DNA of 64,000 nt, from assembly GCA_964552475.1 (NCBI GenBank), contig CAZKFZ010000006.1, forward strand, positions 27 to 64,026, given 5' to 3'. This document shows positions 1 to 7,676 of the stretch, in pieces. This stretch comes from an uncultured Candidatus Saccharibacteria bacterium. GTDB lineage: Bacteria; Patescibacteriota; Saccharimonadia; CAILAD01; BJGX01. The notes under the pieces were generated by a model. That model searched no databases, was not told the DNA's origin, and saw nothing but the letters and a program-made list of their open reading frames with translations. The stretch's first letter is position 1. Every line of letters begins with the position of its first letter. The translations under genes and the position numbers were made by a program.

Positions 1-6
1 AGCAAC

Positions 7-460
7 AATCGCTCTACCGAGGTCACATCACCCCACTACCGGGCGATTTCTGAGGTGTAAGCCCAGAATTGTACACAGTTTTACGTCTGCCGACGAACCT
101 TGCCCTACCAATTCTTTTTTCTCTTGATAGAACTTCTGTTGCCAGAGAGGTTAGTCCCCCGAAGCGAGCGCAGACAACGCGCTCCCCCACGGGTCGAATC
201 CCGCGAGAGAGTTTGTTGATCCGACTTGCACGGTCGGCTCCCAGTAGTAATCGTCGGGGTCATCCCCGAAGGTACCCGTAGGGTACGCCCGACCACAGTC
301 TGGGCACCACCTTTTGAGCAGGTCACCCGTGCCAGTCGAGACCAGCACGGCGCCGTCCACTGCGCACTTCTCTTCTTCTTGCATGTTGGTTGTCATACCA
401 AATACGCAGTCAATGTGTACTTAGAATGACAACCAATTGCAATGGGCTTAAAGGTGCTGT
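7..460 (-). ncRNA. large structured ncRNA, ROOL-like (RNA B)
   Basis: Promoter at 466-494. Long-range pairings 443-450/58-65, 426-436/386-396, 403-410/359-366 and 414-420/71-77, plus many local hairpins with G.U pairs favouring the minus strand. Motifs GUUGUCAU..AUGACAAC, GAAGUUCUAU and 3' UCGGUAGAG recall ROOL (from memory, unverified). Confidence 0.65.
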
Positions 461-465
461 CTGGT

Positions 466-494
466 AGTATAGCAAATATTACATATTATGTCAA
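466..494 (-). promoter_or_regulatory. sigma70-like promoter for RNA B
   Basis: TTGACA (494-489), 17-bp spacer, TG-n-TATACT (471-466). Confidence 0.75.
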
Positions 495-624
495 TAGTTA
501 TTTACATTTTTTATATATTATATATATCAACTGGTTAACTAATACAATATTTTGTGTCTGTATATTTGTCACTTATGTGTTTTTGGCTACTTTTTTTGCA
601 AAAAATAATGCCATATATTGAAAT

Positions 625-657
625 CGCCCTGGTCTTGCTTTTTGCAAGACCAGGGCG
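625..657. terminator. 14-bp perfect hairpin, likely terminator of RNA A
   Basis: CGCCCTGGTCTTGC-TTTTT-GCAAGACCAGGGCG just 3' of the structured region on the minus strand. Confidence 0.65.
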
Positions 658-669
658 TGGTGGTTTTTA

Positions 670-1071
670 TGGTACGTCCCTACACTTGTGGCTATATTAG
701 CCTTTTTAGTCCTTATCTGGGACTGAGGCGCGTGGGAATTGATCTCCGTCTGTTAGGAGACGAGTCAACCCTCTATTTAGGGGTGACTGTATTCAGCTTG
801 GCCTCACGTGGCTGTAAGATTAGTCACCGGGTTTGCTGAATGGCGAATACTGCTAATACCGAAGGGCACTATTAATGCTTCTGCAGCAATGCATGGGGCT
901 TCAAATACTTCCCATCCTGAGTAATTCCTTTCAGGAACGCTGTTGGCCCTAACGGCCTTACCCCAGGACCTTCCTGGGGTTCCTCGCCGCCCCCATCTTA
1001 CAGGGGCACTGGAAGGGTTAGATCCCATCCATTTAGTACCCCCTTTTAGATAACGGTTGGCGAGAACAGCT
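670..1071 (-). ncRNA. large structured multi-pseudoknot ncRNA of unknown family (RNA A)
   Basis: Predicted start ~1071/1070 coincides with the 5' helix 1065-1070/939-944. Further pairs 1059-1064/983-988, 995-1003/812-820, 835-841/791-797, 822-828/782-788, 909-914/733-738, 801-806/724-729 and 1036-1040/671-675. Flanked by a promoter and a hairpin. Confidence 0.7.
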
Positions 1072-1078
1072 ATAAAGT

Positions 1079-1122
1079 AATATAACATAAAAAATACTAT
1101 TTTGTCAATAGTTGTCAACAAA
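1079..1122 (-). promoter_or_regulatory. sigma70-like promoter for RNA A with 21-bp motif shared with the trmB promoter
   Basis: TTGACA (1108-1103) and TG-n-TATATT (1084-1079). 1102-1122 matches 1934-1954 at 20 of 21 positions. Confidence 0.7.
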
Positions 1123-1127
1123 TTATA

Positions 1128-1886
1128 TTATTTTTGGTTTTTCCAGGCCATTTCAAAAAGTTGACGCAAAACACCTGCAATATCCTTACTTTCTATTACC
1201 ACCCCAACCGAGTTTTTTCCATTATATGTCGAAATGACAGCGGCATCTTCGTACAGATTAACATCGGCTTTAATTGGGTAACTAACTTTTTTAGTTTCTC
1301 TAAGCTGAGTACGATCGGATTTAACATCACCTATACTATATGAGTAAATTAGTTTACTTGAAAGTCTTTTTCTAAGCCTCCTCTGTGGATTCTCTTCTAG
1401 AATATTCGGAAATATCTTATGAACTTCGTCTATATTTGTAACTCCATACATCAAAGAGTTGGGTTTGGCTTTTCTACGATAATGAGAGTGTATAGTGTGG
1501 GCACCTTCGTCGCCCTTATAAAACCTTACTACCGGGGTTTCATCTCCGTCGGTAGCACGTGATACTTCTTTAAGACCGGGTAATAAATTCTTTAGCTCAG
1601 ATTGTTTTTGGGTTAGGGCTTGGGTTTGAGCTTCTAGGTATCTTTCGATAGCCTCTGGTGGCTCGGCCACAAAAACGGTTTTTTTACCTTGAGTGCTTTC
1701 ACTCACCAAGCCCATTTGAGCCAGTTCGTCTAGTATTACATAGGCCGTAGCTCGGTTAATTTCGGCTTGTTCAGCAATTTTTTGCACAGCGCTTGGGCCC
1801 AAAAATAAGGCTGCTACATAGACTTTGGCTTGTTTGTCGCTGAGCCCCACCGATTGGAGTTTGGCAGCTAGTTCGATGATTTGCAT
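1128..1886 (-). CDS. TrmB-family HTH transcriptional regulator
   Basis: N-terminal GLSDKQAKVYVAAL...INRATAYVILDEL wHTH, then VRFYKG and a C-terminal IES..IA..LRQLFE.AW, typical of TrmB-like proteins. Confidence 0.88.
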   Translation of the reverse strand: MQIIELAAKLQSVGLSDKQAKVYVAALFLGPSAVQKIAEQAEINRATAYVILDELAQMGLVSESTQGKKTVFVAEPPEAIERYLEAQTQALTQKQSELKNLLPGLKEVSRATDGDETPVVRFYKGDEGAHTIHSHYRRKAKPNSLMYGVTNIDEVHKIFPNILEENPQRRLRKRLSSKLIYSYSIGDVKSDRTQLRETKKVSYPIKADVNLYEDAAVISTYNGKNSVGVVIESKDIAGVLRQLFEMAWKNQK

Positions 1887-1911
1887 TTACTGTTACCTCT
1901 TTATGCCTTAG

Positions 1912-1954
1912 AGCTTAACAGTTTTACACGCTGTTGTCAATAGTTTTCAACAAA
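1912..1954 (-). promoter_or_regulatory. trmB promoter and putative operator
   Basis: TTGACA-17 bp-TAAGCT. Upstream TTTGTTGAAAACTATTGACAA is nearly identical to 1102-1122. Confidence 0.6.
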
Positions 1955-1969
1955 ATGATATATACGAAT

Positions 1970-2007
1970 ACACCCCCTCTTAAACATTTAAGCTTAAGAG
2001 GGGGTGT
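1970..2007. terminator. hairpin terminator of the zf-HC2 gene
   Basis: ACACCCCCTCTTAA...TTAAGAGGGGGTGT inverted repeat. Confidence 0.65.
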
Positions 2008-2204
2008 TAGTTTGAGCCTTGCATGCCAGCAAATTTTCGCTGACAAAATTCGCATGATTCTAGATGGATTTGAGCAAGCTCAAGGTATCGTGCACCTAAG
2101 AACTCGTCTCCTTCCATGTACTCGGGTACTACTATGTCACATCCGGGTGAGGGCTTGGTGAGTCGGATATGAGGAAAGGTGCTATCTTTTTGGCTAGCAA
2201 CCAT
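2007..2204 (-). CDS. small zf-HC2 (ZAS-like) zinc-finger protein
   Basis: C...YMEGD...HLESCEFC (HX3CX2C); strong SD AAGGAGG; own promoter TTGACT-17-TATAGT. Confidence 0.65.
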   Translation of the reverse strand: MVASQKDSTFPHIRLTKPSPGCDIVVPEYMEGDEFLGARYLELAQIHLESCEFCQRKFAGMQGSN

Positions 2205-2285
2205 ATCTACCTCCTTTAAAAGGTTTTGTGCTAGTCTTTTTGCGTTACCTACTATATGTTATTAGTTCTAATAAGTCAATACGAT

Positions 2286-3287
2286 CTAGCGTGCCTCTGG
2301 CATATCACACTGGCTACGAATCTTTCTTTCAAGCTCTGACCTATAGGCTTCTATTAACTTGAAGCCTTTTATCCACTTTTGATCAATATCTACCTCTACT
2401 ACTCTTACCCTCTCGCCGTTAATGGTTATCCATTTGTCTGTTGCGCTGTTTCCATCGGTTTGGTGGCCACCAGTCTTAAAGTCGACTCTATATAATCGTC
2501 CAGATTGATGGGTAATTTTTAAGTCAACTTTTTTACGATCTTCTTCTACGGTAGGCTGCCCTGTTCTAATAACATCACTCATACCTTCACAAACTTCTTT
2601 ACCAACAACTTCTGTTACAAAACCAGCTACTATAGCCTCAGCTTTACCATGTGGCCACTCACCTATGCCACTCAACCAACCAACTAATTGGTCACGAGTG
2701 AAAGAACCGTCTTGGTTGTCGATAATTTCTTTTAGCAAATGATTAAAAGCAACCAATCTGTTCATTAATTTATCGTACTGATCTTGTTGTTCTTTAGATC
2801 TATTTTTACGATTCGCGGGTAATTTGTCTTTGGCTTTTTCGGCTTGATAGACCAACGGGGCTTCCAACATAAGTTGACAAAAATGTTGTTGAGCAGGGTT
2901 GGAATGTTCAGGACCTTTTATGAATCTTTCATAAACATTTCTTCTAGCAATCGCATCGGGGCGTGTAGTCATTACTTTTACCCTTTGTCTATCTTGCGGA
3001 TCGTGTATGTCTGCTAGTTTTAGGGGGTGCTGAGAACTACTAACTTGTTGCGCCAAACTTCGCAGACGTTCTTTTTCTTTACCCGGAAGAGTTTCAAGTT
3101 CGAGTTTTTCAGAACGAGCTTTGTCACGCTCCTTTCTAATACTTACTACAACTTCAGCAAATTGCTCAAACTGCGAATCTTCTTTCTTGGCCAATTCACT
3201 TTCTTCGGGTTTATCTTTGGGCTTTTTTATTGGGCTACCTTTAGGCTTGTCTCTGTGACCACTTGGTGTGTGAATCTCAATACTCAT
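2286..3287 (-). CDS. hypothetical protein with possible C-terminal PD-(D/E)xK-like motif
   Basis: 333-aa ORF; E...EEDRKKVDL...VDFK pattern. Confidence 0.6.
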   Translation of the reverse strand: MSIEIHTPSGHRDKPKGSPIKKPKDKPEESELAKKEDSQFEQFAEVVVSIRKERDKARSEKLELETLPGKEKERLRSLAQQVSSSQHPLKLADIHDPQDRQRVKVMTTRPDAIARRNVYERFIKGPEHSNPAQQHFCQLMLEAPLVYQAEKAKDKLPANRKNRSKEQQDQYDKLMNRLVAFNHLLKEIIDNQDGSFTRDQLVGWLSGIGEWPHGKAEAIVAGFVTEVVGKEVCEGMSDVIRTGQPTVEEDRKKVDLKITHQSGRLYRVDFKTGGHQTDGNSATDKWITINGERVRVVEVDIDQKWIKGFKLIEAYRSELERKIRSQCDMPEAR

Positions 3288-3423
3288 ATTGCTTATACTA
3301 ACATAACCACCCCAACTACACCAAGTAGACTTTACATATACAACAATTTGCGCTATACTTTCATCTGTTACTAAAAATCTTAAGAAAAGATTTAAAAAAA
3401 TAAGGAAATCAACTTAAAATAAT

Positions 3424-3792
3424 ATGCCAATTATCAAGTCAGCCAAAAAAAGAATGAAACAAGCCCAAAAGCGTCAACAATACAATGTGGCTGTTAAATC
3501 TTCTGTAAAAAAACAAACCAAGATAGTAAGAGCCCAAATTAGTTCTGGTGATATTAAAAGCAACGAAGCTTTAGTTCTTGCTATTGCACAACTCGACACC
3601 GCAGTAAAAAAGGGTGTGCTACACAAACGCACCGCTGCACGCAAGAAATCACGCCTTACAAAAGCCTACAATGCTGTTGCCAAAAAGCCTTTTGGCACAG
3701 AAAACCCCAGCAAGCCGGGTGTAAAAAAGACTACCAAAAAAGTGGTAGCCAAAAAGCCCGCTAGTAAGACTACTAGCGCAAAAAAGAAATAA
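3424..3792 (+). CDS. rpsT: 30S ribosomal protein S20 with Lys-rich C-terminal tail
   Basis: MPIIKSAKKR...KKGVLHKRTAARKKSRL signature. Confidence 0.95.
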   Translation: MPIIKSAKKRMKQAQKRQQYNVAVKSSVKKQTKIVRAQISSGDIKSNEALVLAIAQLDTAVKKGVLHKRTAARKKSRLTKAYNAVAKKPFGTENPSKPGVKKTTKKVVAKKPASKTTSAKKK

Positions 3793-3805
3793 GGTAGGAA
3801 TTAAT

Positions 3806-3830
3806 AAAACCGAGCATTCAGCTCGGTTTT
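3806..3830 (+). terminator. rho-independent terminator
   Basis: AAAACCGAGC-ATTCA-GCTCGGTTTT. Confidence 0.75.
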
Positions 3831-3986
3831 TGCTATTAAATTTCATTTTTTCAACTCAGGGTGTAGAAAAGAGTTTATATATTCTACTGTTGCGAGAACA
3901 TTATCTGCATACCTAGTAATAACAGTCTGTAGAATATGGAGACATCCAACTATTTATTCTATATGAAGGGTGTACACTCCTAATTT

Positions 3987-4202
3987 CTATCTACCACAAT
4001 CATTCTTCTTATATGAGCCTGGCGAGATCCACTGCGAACAGGTTGACTTGTGTTGGCATAAAACTGCTACTCCACCACATTCGTCGCAAAAAACTTTTCT
4101 GGTAGGTTGGTTGCTACTTTCTTGTTCTTCTCTTCGTGTGCATCTAATACATTTACCACTTCCTAGCGATACTCCATGTTCACACGTAAACCGATCGATC
4201 AT
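3987..4202 (-). CDS. small Cys-rich putative zinc-binding protein
   Basis: CxH, CxxC, CxxC, CxHxxxC in 71 aa. Confidence 0.45.
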   Translation of the reverse strand: MIDRFTCEHGVSLGSGKCIRCTRREEQESSNQPTRKVFCDECGGVAVLCQHKSTCSQWISPGSYKKNDCGR

Positions 4203-4274
4203 GACAAACTCTCTTTCAGTAGATGGTTCTATACACTTGTGGTATCGGTTTTAGAATAACATACTTACACAACC

Positions 4275-5207
4275 TTACAAACAATGTAACTGGGATAATT
4301 TCATCATCAGATCTATTAGTGCATCGCTTGATTCGAGATCACCAGTCTTGATAGCCATATCGGTATCTATAATTAGTTGATAAGCGGTCTTTAGTTTATT
4401 CATTTCGATATTGTGTACCAAATTTTGAGCCTTGGTAGCAGCGTACGGCGACACCTCGAGTTCTTTTATCCATTTGTTACTACCAGATTGGTTGTCTTTT
4501 GCTAACACCAACACTCTGTATTGATAAACAATAGCGCCCAATATTTTTTGGTCTGGCTCACCAGAAAGAGCTAAGTTGTGGTATAGCTCAACTGCTTTCG
4601 GGGCATTACCTCTCATAATTGCATCGGTCATCATAAAGGCAGTTTGCTGTAGGTTGGGTACTACCAATTTATCAATAGACTCAACAGTGATTTGTGGGCT
4701 ATATAAAGCTAGTTTTTTTATCTCACTGCGTAGTTGCCATTGGTCACCACCCACCCGCTCAATGAGTAAGCTTATTGTGCGATTATCGGTCTTAGCGTGA
4801 CACTTTTCAATCTCACTCTTTACCCAGGCAACCAATTGAGGTGGCGAAAGCAAGGTGTAATTTTTTGAGTTTTTTAGTTGGGATAATTTTTTAAAATATG
4901 CACTACGTTTGTCTACCCTGCTATCGGTAATGATTACATTGGTAGAGTCAGGAATTGTGCTGAGTAATTCTTGTAACTTTTCTGGGCTAAGTTTTTGTGT
5001 ACTTAGATCTCGTACTATCATTAATCGACTACTAACAAACATCGGTACCACAGAAAGTGCATTGAGCAAATCACTTAAACTGCGCTCGCTCATATCAAAA
5101 GTTTCCATGTCTGAGCTACCACCAGTCTTTTTTATGTACTGTTGTTTGATATCGGCTATCCGCTCACTTATAGCAAAACTATTCTCACCAAAAAAGTAAA
5201 ATATCAT
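4275..5207 (-). CDS. holA: DNA polymerase III delta subunit
   Basis: IFYFFGEN start, VDKRS, EIKKLALY, D.AIKTG; next to rpsT. Confidence 0.92.
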   Translation of the reverse strand: MIFYFFGENSFAISERIADIKQQYIKKTGGSSDMETFDMSERSLSDLLNALSVVPMFVSSRLMIVRDLSTQKLSPEKLQELLSTIPDSTNVIITDSRVDKRSAYFKKLSQLKNSKNYTLLSPPQLVAWVKSEIEKCHAKTDNRTISLLIERVGGDQWQLRSEIKKLALYSPQITVESIDKLVVPNLQQTAFMMTDAIMRGNAPKAVELYHNLALSGEPDQKILGAIVYQYRVLVLAKDNQSGSNKWIKELEVSPYAATKAQNLVHNIEMNKLKTAYQLIIDTDMAIKTGDLESSDALIDLMMKLSQLHCL

Positions 5208-5252
5208 AGTATTAGTATCTGGTAATAATGACTAAGTATCAAGCTAAGCTAG

Positions 5253-6134
5253 TTAGTTCTTTGGTGGTTTTTGGCAATGAGTACATACATGGGTACCTCG
5301 CCCGGCTACTCTAATTTTTTGAATTAGCTTGCCACAGTTGGGGCAAGGTTGGCCATTTAGTCTAAATACCTTGGCAAACTTAAGATAGCTCCCTTTTTTA
5401 CCCTCGGCATCCACATAGTTTCTATCACTACTGCCACCCTGGGCAATACTCAGCTTCATTACGTCTATTATTGCACTAAATAACCTTTTGAGCTTAAAAG
5501 TACTAATATTTGCAACTTTTGTAGCTGGGTGAATGCGAGCTATAAACAAGCTTTCGTCGGCATAAATGTTGCCCACACCAGCTAAAACTGATTGGTCTAG
5601 TATAGCGGCTTTTATTGCTGAGCCACCGCGTTTTTGTAGTGCAGAGTTAAATTGTTCAAATGTATAGTCATCATCTAGAGGTTCAGGGCCAAGTTTGCTT
5701 AAAAACTTATTACTTTTGTAGAGGTCTTTAGATGGCTCTAATTTAACCCAGCCAAATTTACGCTGGTCGTTAAAATACAAAACTGAGCCATTTGTAAATG
5801 CAATTGTCACTCGGGTAGATTTATCAGGCAACTTACTTACTAAGCTATCATTGGGGTGACCCGCTCCAAAGCGTTTTTTGCCATCTACAAACACCAATTG
5901 CCCGGTCATTTTGAGATGAATTAGCAAACTATAGCCACTCTCAAGCACAATAATAACTACCTTACCTCGCCTGTCAACCCTCTCTATTTTGGTGCCGATA
6001 AGTTTTGTGCTTACAAGTTGTTTGGAGTTAGGAAATCCTTTGGGCCAATCAAAGTCGACAGACCTTACTCGTAAGCCGGGTAAAAACTGCTGCAAACCTA
6101 TTCGTACTGTTTCTACTTCTGGTAATTCTGGCAT
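5253..6134 (-). CDS. mutM: formamidopyrimidine-DNA glycosylase (Fpg)
   Basis: MPELPEVE start (ATG 6134), HLKMTG, GVGNIYADE, C-terminal CxxC...CxxCQ zinc finger. Confidence 0.97.
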   Translation of the reverse strand: MPELPEVETVRIGLQQFLPGLRVRSVDFDWPKGFPNSKQLVSTKLIGTKIERVDRRGKVVIIVLESGYSLLIHLKMTGQLVFVDGKKRFGAGHPNDSLVSKLPDKSTRVTIAFTNGSVLYFNDQRKFGWVKLEPSKDLYKSNKFLSKLGPEPLDDDYTFEQFNSALQKRGGSAIKAAILDQSVLAGVGNIYADESLFIARIHPATKVANISTFKLKRLFSAIIDVMKLSIAQGGSSDRNYVDAEGKKGSYLKFAKVFRLNGQPCPNCGKLIQKIRVAGRGTHVCTHCQKPPKN

Positions 6135-6271
6135 ATAAACATTATAAACCAATCGCTATGTTTTCTCGTATTTACTGAGCTTTCACATATATTTGTAATA
6201 TTTATGTTGTTATGGTATAATACAGCAGTTAGTTCTTTGACAAACCTCTAAACTACGTTGAAAGGCGAGAT

Positions 6272-6907
6272 ATGCCTAGATATTCTGTTGTAGTAGTCTG
6301 TGAAGAAGAGCACCCTCAGCATGCTGAAGTCACACTTAAAGATCTTCGTCTCGGTCGTAAACCCAAAGAGCTGCATACCACCGACCAAACCATTCTCGGG
6401 TATGTGCTACAGACGCACATTGGTAACTTCAAGCGTAACTACGGCTGCCCCGATGCAGGCGGCAGTATCCGTACCGAGCAAGACCTGCCAGAGCTAAAGA
6501 TTCGTAAAGGCACTACTGTTGTTGAGTGTCGGGGTAACGTTGCTAACTACCTGCCGTATTTACAAGTCTGTAGCAACTGTGGGTGGAGGTGTGATAGTGG
6601 TACAGTAATGGGCGACGGTGAATTTTTCTGCTGGAATAAGGCATGTTGGGATAAATCAGTGGAACAATTTGACGCGAAAAAGCGTGTTACTATTGCGAAA
6701 CACCGCTCAGAAGGACTGTGTATATTCGATCAGGCTTGGATAGGCTTATGCTCAAACAAGGCACTCACCGGACATAGCGTCTGTAGCGACCATCTAGGCA
6801 CCAAGTGCCACTGTGGAGCTCAAGCGACCAGAGAATGTAGCCATGCCGGTTCTTTTGTGTGTGGCAGGCCACTGTGCGATGAGCACAAATGCCCGGCACA
6901 TCCTTAA
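6272..6907 (+). CDS. Cys/His-rich hypothetical protein
   Basis: 211-aa ORF with many C/H pairs in the C-terminal half; own -10 box, SD-like sequence and terminator. Confidence 0.7.
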   Translation: MPRYSVVVVCEEEHPQHAEVTLKDLRLGRKPKELHTTDQTILGYVLQTHIGNFKRNYGCPDAGGSIRTEQDLPELKIRKGTTVVECRGNVANYLPYLQVCSNCGWRCDSGTVMGDGEFFCWNKACWDKSVEQFDAKKRVTIAKHRSEGLCIFDQAWIGLCSNKALTGHSVCSDHLGTKCHCGAQATRECSHAGSFVCGRPLCDEHKCPAHP

Positions 6908-6937
6908 ATGATACCGAGTATTCTACCTATTCAACAT

Positions 6938-6970
6938 GGCCCCGCTCTATAAAAAAACTAGAGCGGGGCC
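6938..6970 (+). terminator. hairpin terminator
   Basis: GGCCCCGCTCTA...TAGAGCGGGGCC. Confidence 0.65.
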
Positions 6971-7085
6971 TTATAATTACTGTTATTTATAATAATACTA
7001 CATATTGACTAATAAGTGATATTATGCTACTATTATTCAGATATCCAAACGGATTTGAACCTACTATTGTTGAAAGTGAGAGACC

Positions 7086-7280
7086 ATGAATAAGAGCACT
7101 ATTGTAGCTCTGGTGGTAGGTGTACTGTTGGTGCTGTTTCTAATTTTCGCCGTAAGCAAGTTCACTATTTTGTTCTTGCTACTTTTGTCTGTAACAATCA
7201 ACATCGTGCAGTACAAGATTCGCGACAAGAAAGAAAACGAGCCCAAGAGTGTGTCAGACGAACCTTCTGACTCACCGTAA
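7086..7280 (+). CDS. small two-TM membrane protein
   Basis: Two hydrophobic segments and a charged tail; first gene after a TTGACT...TGCTACTAT promoter. Confidence 0.65.
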   Translation: MNKSTIVALVVGVLLVLFLIFAVSKFTILFLLLLSVTINIVQYKIRDKKENEPKSVSDEPSDSP

Positions 7281-7327
7281 ATAAGCTCGATTACCAAAAA
7301 CCAAATCACACCCGGAAAGGAGTGAAG

Positions 7328-7675
7328 ATGCCTAACATTCTGGTAGTGGATGACGAGCGAGTGCTTGATTTGCCAGGTGCTGTGCATGTGCTAACGTGCA
7401 GCGAGGCGATGGCATTTCTTAAAGGCCACCCAGTTATTGACGAGCTTTGGCTCGATCACGACCTGGGGCCCGACGAGGACGTAATGCGCCTGGTAGATCA
7501 CCTGTGCGAGATGGCTTTCTTTGAGATGGGTTATGAGATTGGCAGAATTGTGGTTCACACCATGAACCCGGTTGGTGCCGAAAACGTAATTCGCGCTCTT
7601 AACCGCTACTACCCTGTGCACCGCGTAAACGTTACACCCTACATTCTTGATATCAACGCAAACGAAAGAGTGTAA
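7328..7675 (+). CDS. receiver-like protein of the cyclic-phosphate-processing REC type
   Basis: ILVVDDER, LWLDHDLG and VVHTMNPVG motifs; SD AAGGAG before ATG 7328. Confidence 0.75.
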   Translation: MPNILVVDDERVLDLPGAVHVLTCSEAMAFLKGHPVIDELWLDHDLGPDEDVMRLVDHLCEMAFFEMGYEIGRIVVHTMNPVGAENVIRALNRYYPVHRVNVTPYILDINANERV

Positions 7676-7676
7676 G

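Noticed and set aside
69-429. ORFs 69-281, 105-326, 151-396 (has a CxxC) and 226-429
   Set aside because: No SD; the ATG at 396 is buried in an 11-bp stem; dense helices and long-range pairings fit an ncRNA better. The 81-aa ORF cannot be fully excluded.
670-1071. RNA A as RNase P RNA, tmRNA, SRP RNA or a group I/II intron
   Set aside because: No GAGGAAAGUCC/P4 partner, no T-arm before the terminal ACCA, no SRP helix-8 motif, pseudoknot spacing unlike P3/P7, no domain V and no flanking exons.
618-1121. ORFs 618-839 (+) and 804-1121 (-)
   Set aside because: They start in promoter or terminator sequence, have no protein-like motifs, and overlap the structured RNA A.
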